Source of the DNA: Rhizomicrobium sp. | Lineage (GTDB): Bacteria > Pseudomonadota > Alphaproteobacteria > Micropepsales > Micropepsaceae | Reading direction: 5' to 3' | Length of the DNA: 64,000 nucleotides | Assembly (NCBI GenBank): GCA_035549455.1 | Contig: DASZQW010000032.1 | Location: forward strand, 46,960-110,959 | Shown: piece after piece, positions 1 through 8,891 of the stretch | Layout: every line of letters starts with the position of its first letter | Position numbering within the stretch: position 1 is the first letter of the stretch | Translations under genes and position numbers: made by a program | Notes under the pieces: model-generated | The model's database searches: none | What the model was told of the DNA's origin: nothing | The model's input: the letters and a program-made list of their open reading frames with translations, nothing else

Positions 1-750
1 GCGGGCAAGATCCGCTCGCTGCTGAGCGAAACCACGCGCGACGTGGAAAAGCATTTGATCCGCCTGCCGGGCCTGGCCCAGGAAGAAGCCCGCCGGGTGC
101 GCCAGATGATGGCGAGCGAGACCGAGCAGCTTCTCGATCTGTCGGCCCGCACCATGTCCACGCTGCATGCGCGCTCGACCCGGAAGATCACCGCGCCCGA
201 TGCCGGCGGCCCGATGAAGCCGCAAGCCGAACCGGAAGGCGACGGCCTCAAGGGCCTGGCGCGCAAGCTGACGGCGAGGAAGCCCGACACCAAGCCGCGC
301 AAGGATAGCGGGCAGGCCTGGGAAATGAAGACGCTGCTTGCGGCCGCCGAACTGGGCGACATGCGCAGCCTGCCCAAGTCGGGCGTCGACAATGCCGCGA
401 CGCTTGGCGCACTGGAACTGGCGCTGGCCGATATGGCGATCGACCTGTCGGCGCTGGACGATGCCCAGCCGGGCGACGAGGACTGGAAACGCTATCTGGC
501 GGGCGACCGCGCCGTCTTTGCGCGCCGCCTGTCGGGCGCCATCGATGGCGACGCCGTGGACCGCATCGCCACGCTGTATCGCGACGACAGCCGTTTCCAC
601 GATGCCGCCGATGCCTATCTGGCGGAATTCGAAACCCTGCTGACGCGGGCGAAGGAAGGCGATGGCGGCGGGCTTTTGACCTCGACCCTGCTGTCGGCGG
701 ACACCGGCAAGGTCTATCTCACGATTGCGTATGCGCTAGGCCGTCTCTGA
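1..750 (+). CDS. C-terminal part of a large polar coiled-coil protein (TipN / GPR-RgsE-like); 5' end outside the window
   Basis: Frame open from base 1. The C-terminus 'W.RY..G.R.VF.RRL...RF..A.D.YL..FE.LL...LLS.DTGKVY..IAYALGRL' resembles, from memory, the conserved end of alphaproteobacterial TipN/GPR proteins. Confidence 0.55.
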   Translation, partial: AGKIRSLLSETTRDVEKHLIRLPGLAQEEARRVRQMMASETEQLLDLSARTMSTLHARSTRKITAPDAGGPMKPQAEPEGDGLKGLARKLTARKPDTKPRKDSGQAWEMKTLLAAAELGDMRSLPKSGVDNAATLGALELALADMAIDLSALDDAQPGDEDWKRYLAGDRAVFARRLSGAIDGDAVDRIATLYRDDSRFHDAADAYLAEFETLLTRAKEGDGGGLLTSTLLSADTGKVYLTIAYALGRL

Positions 751-2113
751 AGTCCGTCTCTGATCTTTTCAGCCGCGCCGCATAAAATCCGTCCATCCCG
801 CCCGAAAGCATAAAGGGCAAGGTGCGCAGGTCGCCCTCCGGCGTGATCCATTCGGCATGGCCGAATACGTCTTCCGCCTTCAGCGGGATGCGCGCAAATT
901 CCGAATTGCGGTCCAGGAACAGCGCGATCTGCTCCTCGCCCTCTTCGCGCTCCAGCGAACAGACCGCGAAGACCAGCGTGCCGCCCGCTTCCACCATCCG
1001 CGCCCCCGCTTCCAGGATGTCGTAGGCTGTCGCCGCCATCGCCATCACATCGGCGGGCTGCTTGATCCAGGGCAGGTCGGGATGGCGGCGGATGGTGCCG
1101 GTGGCGGTGCAGGGCGCATCCACCAGCACGAAGGGCGCGGTGTTGCGGTAGTCCCGCACATCGGCCTCGACCACTTCGGCGGAAAGTTTGGTGCGCGCCA
1201 GATTCTCGCGGATGCGGTTGGCGCGTGTGGGATCAATCTCCACCGCGATCACATGCGCGCCTGCCGCCGCAAGCTGCAGGGTCTTGCCGCCCGGCGCGGC
1301 GCACAGATCAATCACCGTCTTGCCCGCGACATCGCCCAGCAGGGTGGCGGGCAGCGATGCGGCGGCATCCTGCACCCACCAACCCCCTTGCGCGAAGCCC
1401 GGCAGATCCTCGACCCGGCCTTCGCCTGTCAGCCGCCGCACCGCGCCGAACAGCGCGTCGCTTTGCGGATAGTCACCTTTCACCACGATATCGATGGGCG
1501 CGGCCTGCTGATGGGCGCGGGCGATCAGGCGCGCATCGCCGCCATACTGGGCCGACCAGCGCGCCCACAGCCAGTCGGGCGTGGACAGCCGCTCACGGTC
1601 CAGCCCCGACCACACGGCTTCGCCTTCCTTTGCGAGTTTGCGCAGCACGGCGTTGATCAGTGGCTTGAAATGCACTCCCTTGGCGTCCCTGGCCGCCAGG
1701 TCGTTGGCGGCATCGACGGCGGCATGGGCGGCGACTTTCAAAACCAGCAGTTCGCACGCCCCCAGCAGCAATATCTCGCTGGCGGCCCCGGCCTTGTGCG
1801 GCGACAGCGGCTTGGCCATGAATTTGCGCAACACCGCCTCCAGCGCCCCCAGGTGGCGCAGGGTCTGGCTGACCAGCGCGCGCGCGAAGCCGGCATCGCG
1901 CGGCGCAAGCGGGGTTTCCAGCTCGAAATGCAGGGCGCGGTTCTTGCGCAAGGTCGCGGACAGCATGTCCAGCGCCGCCTGCCTGGCGGGAAGTCCGGCG
2001 GCTTCTGTGATTTCCCCCTCCGTCACAGCTCGCATCGGCTTGCCGCCGATAGCTCGCTGCGACACCTCCCCCCGCCAAAGGCTTCGCCTTGCGGGGGGAG
2101 GAAGCCGGTGCAT
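719..2113 (-). CDS. rsmB: 16S rRNA m5C967 methyltransferase RsmB/Sun; start ambiguous (2113 or 2035)
   Basis: NusB-like N-terminus (HAAVDAA, LINAVLRK), VQDAAA, DLCAAPGGKT, DAPCTATGT.RRHPD and AVCSLEREEGE motifs. Confidence 0.9.
   Translation of the reverse strand: MHRLPPPARRSLWRGEVSQRAIGGKPMRAVTEGEITEAAGLPARQAALDMLSATLRKNRALHFELETPLAPRDAGFARALVSQTLRHLGALEAVLRKFMAKPLSPHKAGAASEILLLGACELLVLKVAAHAAVDAANDLAARDAKGVHFKPLINAVLRKLAKEGEAVWSGLDRERLSTPDWLWARWSAQYGGDARLIARAHQQAAPIDIVVKGDYPQSDALFGAVRRLTGEGRVEDLPGFAQGGWWVQDAAASLPATLLGDVAGKTVIDLCAAPGGKTLQLAAAGAHVIAVEIDPTRANRIRENLARTKLSAEVVEADVRDYRNTAPFVLVDAPCTATGTIRRHPDLPWIKQPADVMAMAATAYDILEAGARMVEAGGTLVFAVCSLEREEGEEQIALFLDRNSEFARIPLKAEDVFGHAEWITPEGDLRTLPFMLSGGMDGFYAARLKRSETDFRDGLAHTQS
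2013..2102. repeat. Bipartite palindromic element (family A), overlapping the rsmB 5' end
   Basis: CCCCCTCCGTCACAGCTCG...CTCGCTGCGACACCTCCCCCCGC...GCGGGGGGAGG; matches the copies at 37301 and 39672. Confidence 0.75.
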
Positions 2114-2134
2114 GCCACGATCATGGAATGGTGT

Positions 2135-3007
2135 TTAGCCCCAGGGACCGCGTTTGGCGACAGGTATGGCTTCGCCCGCCATCGCCTTCAGCCGCGCAAT
2201 GCGTTCCTCGGTGGAGGGATGGGTGGCGAACAGTCCGCCGATGCCGCCATGCAGCGGATTGACGATGAACATGTGCGCCGTGGCCGGATTGGCGTCGGCG
2301 GATTGGTTTTCGATGCCGCGCGCGGCGCGCTCGATCTGGCCCAGAGCGCTGGCCAGCCACAGCGGCCGCCCGGTGATCTCGGCCCCGGCACGGTCGGCCT
2401 CGAATTCGCGCGACCGCGAAATCGCCGCCTGCACCAGGACGGCGGCGATGGGCGCCAGCATGGTCACCAGCAGCATGCCCACCAGTCCCATCGGGTTGTT
2501 CCTGTCGCGGTTGCCACCCATGAAGAAGGCCATGTTCGCCAGCATGGAAATAGCGCCCGCGATCACCGCGGTAATGGTCATGGTGAGCGTGTCGCGATGC
2601 TTCACATGTCCCAGCTCATGCGCCAGGACGCCGGCCAGTTCTTCCGGACTGACCTGCGCCAGCAATCCGCTGGTGACGCACACTGCGGCATGGCCGGGAT
2701 CGCGCCCGGTGGCAAAGGCGTTGGGCTGAGGATTTTCGGTGATATAGACCTTGGGCATCGGCAGGGCCGCCTGCGCCGCCAGCCGCTCCACCAGATGGTA
2801 AAGGTCCGGCGCGGAGGCAGCATCGACTTGGCGCGCGCCATACATGGACAGCAGCAGCTTGTCGGAATTCCAATAGGCGAACAGGTTGGTCGCCAGCGCA
2901 AAAGCAAAGGCGATCATCACCCCGGTGCCGCCGCCCAAAAGCGCGCCAACCGCCAGGAACAGCCCGGTCAGGGCTGCCATCAGGATGCCGGTGCGCAGCG
3001 TGTTCAT
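2135..3007 (-). CDS. htpX: Zinc metalloprotease HtpX
   Basis: [13 protein letters not shown] (HExxH), SRSREFEAD and [11 protein letters not shown] motifs; start placed at MNTLRTG. Confidence 0.95.
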   Translation of the reverse strand: MNTLRTGILMAALTGLFLAVGALLGGGTGVMIAFAFALATNLFAYWNSDKLLLSMYGARQVDAASAPDLYHLVERLAAQAALPMPKVYITENPQPNAFATGRDPGHAAVCVTSGLLAQVSPEELAGVLAHELGHVKHRDTLTMTITAVIAGAISMLANMAFFMGGNRDRNNPMGLVGMLLVTMLAPIAAVLVQAAISRSREFEADRAGAEITGRPLWLASALGQIERAARGIENQSADANPATAHMFIVNPLHGGIGGLFATHPSTEERIARLKAMAGEAIPVAKRGPWG

Positions 3008-3029
3008 GGTTTTCTCTCCGTGAGCCCAG

Positions 3030-3057
3030 ATGTAAGATCGGGTCATGTCCGATCAAG
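3030..3057 (-). promoter_or_regulatory. Putative sigma32 (RpoH) promoter of htpX
   Basis: Minus strand CTTG-N17-CTTACAT, 22 nt upstream of the htpX ATG; htpX is a known heat-shock gene. Confidence 0.5.
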
Positions 3058-3242
3058 CCGCCATCGCCGCCCGCATCGCCCAGGCCGCCGCCCGTGCCAA
3101 TACTGAAGCCGAAGCCCGCCGCGCCCAAGAAGCGAAGAAAGAGGCTAAAAGGCAATTGCCGCCGGAATCGGGCGGACCCAAGGGTCTGGAACCGACCCGC
3201 TATGGCGACTGGGAACGCAAGGGGATTGCTTCCGACTTCTAA
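3045..3242 (+). CDS. DUF1674 protein (SDHAF4-like)
   Basis: C-terminal [23 protein letters not shown] signature. Confidence 0.85.
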   Translation: MSDQAAIAARIAQAAARANTEAEARRAQEAKKEAKRQLPPESGGPKGLEPTRYGDWERKGIASDF

Positions 3243-3730
3243 AAGGCTTCGGCGGTCATCCGCTCAAGCTGGCGGCGCACATCCGCCGGCCAGCTTTCGA
3301 TATGGGCGGCGAACTCCTCCGCCTGCCCGGCATAGAGCGCGCGGATCGCTTCCTCATAACCCGGGGCATTGCCCACCAGCACGGTGGCCAGGCGATAGGC
3401 GGCGTCGCGCCGCGCCCGCTGCTGGGCGCGCGGATTGCGGCTGGCCTCCTCCACCAGGCGGCGCAGGGCAACGGAAGCCCCGCCCGGCTGGGTAGCCAGC
3501 CAGTCCCAATGTCGCGGCAGCAAGGTGACCTCGCGCGGCACCACCCCCAGCTTGGGGCGGCCGGGCCGAACCGCATCGGCGGTGGGGGGAAAGCGGGGGT
3601 CGATATCCACCACCCGCCCGGTTTCGGTGTCGAAGATCAGGGCGCCGTCATGGTCCCGGCAGGCGGCATAGACCTCGGCCAGGGAGCCGGAGGCGAGGTG
3701 GTCAAAGCCGGAAAAGGCGCTATGAGTCAT
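3239..3730 (-). CDS. DUF2239 family protein
   Basis: LIFD.ETGRVVDID, GRPKLGVVPREVTLLPRHWDWLA.QPGGAS.ALRRLVEEA and PGYEEAIRALYA motifs. Confidence 0.85.
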   Translation of the reverse strand: MTHSAFSGFDHLASGSLAEVYAACRDHDGALIFDTETGRVVDIDPRFPPTADAVRPGRPKLGVVPREVTLLPRHWDWLATQPGGASVALRRLVEEASRNPRAQQRARRDAAYRLATVLVGNAPGYEEAIRALYAGQAEEFAAHIESWPADVRRQLERMTAEAF

Positions 3731-3736
3731 TCCCGG

Positions 3737-3781
3737 TATCTATCCGGGTAAAATTATGAAGTCAATATAATCCGGGTAAAA
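3737..3781 (-). promoter_or_regulatory. sigma70-type leaderless promoter of the DUF2239 gene, overlapped by two 12-bp direct repeats
   Basis: Minus strand TTGACT-N17-TAGATA-N6-ATG; ATCCGGGTAAAA at 3742-3753 and 3770-3781. Confidence 0.55.
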
Positions 3782-3854
3782 GTAAATCCGCAGTTTCCCT
3801 TGATGCCGCCGGGGCAGAGGTTCATTTAAAGAAGGCATCCCGAAAGCCCTTCGC

Positions 3855-4412
3855 ATGTTCATCCAGACCGAATCCACACCCAATCCCGCCACCTTGAAAT
3901 TTCTCCCCGGCCGCGATGTCATGGGTGAAAGCGGGGTGGCTGATTTCCCCGAAAGCGCCTCCGCCTGGCGCTCGCCGCTGGCCCGGGCGCTGTTCGCCAT
4001 TCCCGAAGTCAGCCGGGTGTTCTTCGGCAGCGACTTCATCTCGGTCACCAAGCGCGATGGCGACTGGAAGCATCTCAAGCCCGCCATCCTGGGCGCGGTG
4101 ATGGAGCATTTTACCCAAGGTCACCCCCTGATCGAAGGCGGCGCCGAGGAAGCCGAAGAGGTTTCCGGCAGCGATGACAGCGAGATTGTCGCCCAGATCA
4201 AGGAGCTGATCGAAACCCGCGTGCGCCCGGCAGTGGCGCAGGATGGCGGCGACATCATCTTCAAGCGCTTTGACGAAGACAGCGGCATCGTCTCGCTGCA
4301 CCTGCAAGGTTCCTGCGCCGGCTGCCCGTCCTCGACCATGACCCTGAAGAACGGCATCGAGAACATGCTGCGCCATTACGTTCCTGAAGTGACTGCGGTC
4401 GAAGCGGTCTGA
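3855..4412 (+). CDS. nfuA: NifU/NfuA Fe-S cluster biogenesis protein
   Basis: MFIQTE.TPNP.TLKFLPG N-terminus; RVRPAVAQDGGD and GSCAGCPSST (CxxC) motifs. Confidence 0.93.
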   Translation: MFIQTESTPNPATLKFLPGRDVMGESGVADFPESASAWRSPLARALFAIPEVSRVFFGSDFISVTKRDGDWKHLKPAILGAVMEHFTQGHPLIEGGAEEAEEVSGSDDSEIVAQIKELIETRVRPAVAQDGGDIIFKRFDEDSGIVSLHLQGSCAGCPSSTMTLKNGIENMLRHYVPEVTAVEAV

Positions 4413-5032
4413 TGAGCGCGCAGGAAGCCTGGCTGTCCGAACCCAACCATGCCGTCAGCGACGCGGCGCTGGACACGCTGTTTCGGGAAGCCCACACAAC
4501 ACGCAAGTGGCAGGACCGCGCCGTCAGCCCGGCTTTGCTGATGGCGATCTACGACCTGATGCGCTGGGGACCGACGGCGGCCAACATCACCCCGGCGCGC
4601 ATCGTCTTTGTGGTGTCGCAGGCCGCGAAGGAACGGCTGAAGCCGCACCTCGACGCGGGCAATGTGCGCCAGACCATGGAAGCGCCGGTCACCGCCATAC
4701 TGGGCTATGATTTGGATTTCGCGCGCCACCTGCCGCGCCTCTACCGCGCCAGCCCCGATGCCCAAGGCTGGTTCACCAACGCCGAATCCAACAAGACCAT
4801 CGCCCTGCGCAATGCCAGCCTGCAGGGCGGCTATTTCATCCTCGCGGCCCGCGCTTTGGGGCTGGATTGCGGTCCCATGGGCGGCTTTCGCCATGACGGC
4901 ATCGACGCGGAATTCTTCGCCGGAACACAGATAAAATCGAATTTCCTCTGCAATCTCGGCTATGGCGCCGAAGGCGGCGCGCGCCCGCGCGACACGCGGC
5001 TGGGCTTCGACGAAGCCTGCCAGATCCTCTGA
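4412..5032 (+). CDS. Nitroreductase family, malonic semialdehyde reductase (RutE-like)
   Basis: GPTAAN.TPAR.VFV, RNASLQGGYFILAARALGLDCGPMGGF and SNFLCNLGYG motifs. Confidence 0.85.
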   Translation: MSAQEAWLSEPNHAVSDAALDTLFREAHTTRKWQDRAVSPALLMAIYDLMRWGPTAANITPARIVFVVSQAAKERLKPHLDAGNVRQTMEAPVTAILGYDLDFARHLPRLYRASPDAQGWFTNAESNKTIALRNASLQGGYFILAARALGLDCGPMGGFRHDGIDAEFFAGTQIKSNFLCNLGYGAEGGARPRDTRLGFDEACQIL

Positions 5033-5694
5033 TGAAGACGCTGGCCGTGGACACGGCTCTGGGTGGCTGCTCGGTGGCGCTGCTCGACGGCGAGCGGGTG
5101 GTGGCGCACCGCTTCGAGGCGATGGAACGCGGCCATGCCGAACGCCTGGCCCCGATGGTTCAGGACGCCATGCGCGGCGAGGAATTTTCAGCCCTGACGC
5201 ATCTGGCCGTCACCACCGGCCCCGGCACCTTCACCGGTCAGCGCGTCGGGCTGGCCTTCATGCGCGGTCTTCGCCTGGCGCTGAAGCTGCCCCTGACCGG
5301 CGTCACCACGCTTGAGTCCATGGCGCTGGCGGCGATGGCCGAAACCGGGCAGAGCCGCGCCGCCGCCATTCACGATGCGCGGCGGGGCGAAGCCTATCTG
5401 CTGCTGCGCGACGGCACTGAAGTGACCCTGCCGCCGGTGGTGATGCCGTTTGGCGACGCCATGGCGCGCATCCGCGCCTTCGGACCCTGCGTCCTGGCCG
5501 GGACGGGCGCGCCAGCCGCCAAAGCCGCGCTGGATGGCGATTTTCCGCTCTCCACCATTTGCCAACCCGATGCGGTGTGGGTGGCGCGGCTGGCGGCAAC
5601 GCTGCCCCCCTCGCTCGCCGCGCCGGGACCGCTCTATCTGCGTGCGCCCGACGCCAAGCTGCCGGGAGGCCGCAGCATCGGACTCTCGGCATGA
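5032..5694 (+). CDS. tsaB: t6A biosynthesis protein TsaB
   Basis: LAVDT, GHAERLAPMV, GPGTFTGQRVGLA, DARRGE and PLYLRAPDAK motifs. Confidence 0.92.
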   Translation: MKTLAVDTALGGCSVALLDGERVVAHRFEAMERGHAERLAPMVQDAMRGEEFSALTHLAVTTGPGTFTGQRVGLAFMRGLRLALKLPLTGVTTLESMALAAMAETGQSRAAAIHDARRGEAYLLLRDGTEVTLPPVVMPFGDAMARIRAFGPCVLAGTGAPAAKAALDGDFPLSTICQPDAVWVARLAATLPPSLAAPGPLYLRAPDAKLPGGRSIGLSA

Positions 5695-6119
5695 AGGTTG
5701 AGCCCATTGATCCCCTGGCCGACCCCGCCACCCTCGAGGCGCTGCATGCCACCTGCTTTCCCGATGCCTGGGACGCCAGGGCGATGCGCGAACTGTTTGC
5801 CGCCGGCGCCTTCGGCTTTTCCTGCGACGATGGTTTTGTGCTGGCCCGCAGCGCCGGGCGCGAGGCCGAAATCCTGACCCTGGCGGTGCGTCCCGCCGCA
5901 CGGGGCAAGGGCCTGGGCCGCACCCTGTTGCAAGCCGCTATCAAGAAGGCCTGTGAGACCGGCGCGGCCACCATGTTCCTGGAGGTCGGTGTCGATAACC
6001 CCGCCGCCCTGGCGCTCTATGTCAGGTTGGGGTTTGCCAAGGTCGGCGACCGCAAGGCCTATTATAACGGCAAGGACGCGCTGGTTCTCAGGCTTCCGCT
6101 GCCCGGCGATTTCGCCTAA
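5691..6119 (+). CDS. rimI: RimI-like GNAT acetyltransferase
   Basis: EAEILTLAV.P..RGKGLG, FLEV..DN.AA.ALY..LGF motifs; ATGA overlap with tsaB; usual position in this operon. Confidence 0.8.
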   Translation: MKVEPIDPLADPATLEALHATCFPDAWDARAMRELFAAGAFGFSCDDGFVLARSAGREAEILTLAVRPAARGKGLGRTLLQAAIKKACETGAATMFLEVGVDNPAALALYVRLGFAKVGDRKAYYNGKDALVLRLPLPGDFA

Positions 6120-6128
6120 CCTGACGCC

Positions 6129-6548
6129 ATGACCCGTATCGAAAAGCTGTGTGTCGACAAGGGCCTGCGCATGACAGACCAGCGCCGGGTGATTGCGCGC
6201 GTGCTGTCGGAAGCCGCCGACCATCCCGATGCGGAAGAGCTTTACCGCCGCGCCTCGGGCATCGACCCGCACATTTCCATCGCCACCGTCTATCGCACCG
6301 TCAAGCTGTTCGAGGATGCGGGCATCCTGGAGCGCCATGATTTCCGCGATGGCCGCTCGCGTTACGAGGAAGTGCCGGAATCCCACCACGATCATCTGAT
6401 CGATGTGGCGACCGGCAGCGTGATCGAATTCCGCAATGAGGATATCGAAAAGCTGCAGCGCCGGGTGGCCGAGGAGCTGGGCTTCGAACTGATCGATCAC
6501 CGGCTGGAACTGTATGGCGTGCCCAAAGGGCGAAAGCCCCTGCCATGA
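6129..6548 (+). CDS. fur: Fur/Mur family metal-responsive regulator
   Basis: GLRMT.QR, HPDAEELY, SIATVYRT and HHDHLID motifs. Confidence 0.9.
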   Translation: MTRIEKLCVDKGLRMTDQRRVIARVLSEAADHPDAEELYRRASGIDPHISIATVYRTVKLFEDAGILERHDFRDGRSRYEEVPESHHDHLIDVATGSVIEFRNEDIEKLQRRVAEELGFELIDHRLELYGVPKGRKPLP

Positions 6549-6570
6549 ATCGGCGTAAGCCGCAGAACTG

Positions 6571-7350
6571 ATGCCACGCCTGCGCGCCGTCGCGATTCTC
6601 GCGACCTTCCTGGCCTTCACGTTTTTGATGATGCCCGTTCAGTGGCTGCTGCTGAAGCTTGGCGCGCGCGCCGCGCGCAGCTTCCCGCATTGGTATCACT
6701 GCCGCGTGGCGCACATCTTCGGCATGCGCATCACCGTGCTGGGAAAGCCGGTCCAGGGCGAAGGCGTGCTGCTGGTCGCCAACCACACCAGCTGGGCCGA
6801 CATCGTGATCTTCTCGGCGGTGGCGCCGATCAGCTTTATCGCCAAGGCCGAGGTCGCCAAATGGCCCTTCTTCGGCACCCTGGCGCGGCTGCAGCGCACT
6901 GTGTTCGTCGAGCGCGCCCGGCGCAGCGCCACCGGCGATGTGCGCGACGCGATCCGCGCGCGGCTTTTGGCGGGCGACGCCCTGGTGCTGTTTCCCGAAG
7001 GCACCAGCCATGACGGCAACACGGTGCTGCCCTTCAAGAGCGCGCTCCTTGGCGCGGCCGAGGCGCGGCTGGACGGTGGCCGCCATGTCAAGGTGCAGCC
7101 GGTGTCGGCGGCCTTCACCGGCTTGTGGGGCATGCCGATGGGGCGCGAGCATCGCCCGCTGTTTGCCTGGTATGGCGATATGGAGATGCTGCCGCATTTG
7201 TGGGAGGCGCTTTTGGCTGGACCGCTGGATGTGGTGGTCCAGTTCCACGAACCCTTCAGCCTGGATCAGATGGACAGGAAGGAACTGGCCGCCCGGGCCG
7301 AGGATATTGTGCGACAGGGTCAGGCGCTGGCCCTGGCAGGCCGCACCTGA
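6571..7350 (+). CDS. Lysophospholipid acyltransferase (PlsC/OlsA-like)
   Basis: NHTSWAD (HxxxxD), FIAKAEV and LFPEGTS motifs. Confidence 0.88.
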   Translation: MPRLRAVAILATFLAFTFLMMPVQWLLLKLGARAARSFPHWYHCRVAHIFGMRITVLGKPVQGEGVLLVANHTSWADIVIFSAVAPISFIAKAEVAKWPFFGTLARLQRTVFVERARRSATGDVRDAIRARLLAGDALVLFPEGTSHDGNTVLPFKSALLGAAEARLDGGRHVKVQPVSAAFTGLWGMPMGREHRPLFAWYGDMEMLPHLWEALLAGPLDVVVQFHEPFSLDQMDRKELAARAEDIVRQGQALALAGRT

Positions 7351-7359
7351 CTTGATTTA

Positions 7360-7444
7360 GCCCCCACCGGCCTTCGCATCGCAAGCGCTGCTACGGCCAC
7401 CTCCCCCGCCGGCGCGCTGGCGCACGCGCAGGGGGAGGCGGGCC
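7360..7444. repeat. Bipartite palindromic element (family A)
   Basis: Reverse complement GCCTCCCCCTG...GGGGGAGGTGGCCG...GCGAAGGCCGGTGGGGGC closely matches the element inside hemD. Confidence 0.75.
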
Positions 7445-7500
7445 TGTGTTTTCGTGGGAGTATTGAATTTGTGGCCCGTGGACCCGATAACCCCCGTTAG

Positions 7501-7581
7501 ATGAAGAAGCTTTTCGTCAAGACCTATGGTTGCCAGATGAACGCCTCCGCGCGCCACAGGCGCGCATTGGAAAGGCCATGA
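7501..7581 (+). other. 26-codon upstream ORF carrying a duplicate of miaB codons 1-15, with its stop overlapping the miaB start
   Basis: Reads [26 protein letters not shown]; TGA 7579-7581 overlaps ATG 7578. Confidence 0.85.
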
Positions 7582-8891
7582 AAAAACTTTTTGTGAAGAC
7601 CTATGGCTGCCAGATGAACGCCTATGATTCCGCCAAGATGGCGGATCTGCTGGCGCCGCTGGGCTATGCCGCGACGGACGCACCCGAAGGCGCCGACATG
7701 GTGATCCTCAACACCTGCCACATCCGCGAAAAGGCGGCGGAAAAAGTCTATTCCGAGCTGGGGCGGCTGAAACGGCTCAAGCGCGGAAAGACCGGTATGC
7801 TGATCGCGGTGGCGGGCTGCGTCGCCCAGGCCGAGGGTGAGGAGATCATCGCCCGCGCCCCGGTGGTGGACATGGTGGTGGGGCCGCAATCCTTTCACCG
7901 CCTGCCCGAAATGATCGCCCGCGCCGCCCGCGCCGAAGGCCGCAGCATCGAAACCGATTTTCCCGCCCTGGAGAAATTCGATTCCCTTCCCGCGCCGCAA
8001 GGCAGCGCGGTATCCGCTTTCCTGACGGTGCAGGAAGGCTGCGACAAATTCTGTACTTTCTGCGTGGTGCCTTATACGCGCGGCGCCGAACATTCGCGCC
8101 CGCCCCAGGCGATCCTGCGCGAAGCGGCGCAGCTGGTCGAAAAAGGCGCGCGCGAGATCGTGCTGCTGGGCCAGAACGTCAACGCCTATGACGGTCCTTC
8201 TTCTGATGGCGACGGCTGGAGCCTGGCAAAATTGTGCGCGGCGCTGGCAAAGATCGATGGCCTGGAACGCATCCGCTACACCACCAGCCATCCGCGTGAC
8301 ATGGCGGACGACCTGATCGCCGCCCATCGCGACAATCCAAAACTGATGCCCTATCTGCATCTGCCGGTGCAGTCTGGATCGGACACGGTGCTGGAAGCGA
8401 TGAACCGCCAGCACAGGGCCGATGACTATCGCCGCCTGGTGGACCGCATCCGCGCCAGCCGCCCCGATATCGCCCTGACCTCGGACTTCATTGTCGGCTT
8501 CCCCGGCGAAAGCGATGCCGATTTCGAGGCGACGCTGGGGCTGGTGCGCGACATCGGCTACGCCACCGCCTTCAGCTTCAAATACTCCCGGCGCCCCGGC
8601 ACGCCCGCTTCCACCTTGCGCAAGCAGATTCCCGAAGATGTCAAGGCGGCGCGACTGGCGGCGCTGCAGACGCTGCTATGGTCGCAGCAATATGGCTTTG
8701 ACGACTCCCAGATCGGCAAGGTGCTCGCGGTGCTGTTCGAGAAGCCCGCCCGCGACGCCGGCCAGCTGATGGGCCGCACGCCCTATCTCCAGCCGGTGCA
8801 TGTGACGGCCGACGCGGCGCGGATCGGCAGCATCGCCAATGTGAGGATCGCGCGCCGCACCGCCAACAGTCTGCACGGAGTCCTGGTTTGA
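7578..8891 (+). CDS. miaB: tRNA-2-methylthio-N6-dimethylallyladenosine synthase
   Basis: [16 protein letters not shown], radical SAM motif [22 protein letters not shown]-terminus. Confidence 0.96.
   Translation: MKKLFVKTYGCQMNAYDSAKMADLLAPLGYAATDAPEGADMVILNTCHIREKAAEKVYSELGRLKRLKRGKTGMLIAVAGCVAQAEGEEIIARAPVVDMVVGPQSFHRLPEMIARAARAEGRSIETDFPALEKFDSLPAPQGSAVSAFLTVQEGCDKFCTFCVVPYTRGAEHSRPPQAILREAAQLVEKGAREIVLLGQNVNAYDGPSSDGDGWSLAKLCAALAKIDGLERIRYTTSHPRDMADDLIAAHRDNPKLMPYLHLPVQSGSDTVLEAMNRQHRADDYRRLVDRIRASRPDIALTSDFIVGFPGESDADFEATLGLVRDIGYATAFSFKYSRRPGTPASTLRKQIPEDVKAARLAALQTLLWSQQYGFDDSQIGKVLAVLFEKPARDAGQLMGRTPYLQPVHVTADAARIGSIANVRIARRTANSLHGVLV

Noticed and set aside
857-3106. 749-aa plus-strand ORF
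   Set aside because: Antisense shadow of rsmB/htpX, typical of high-GC DNA; no motifs.
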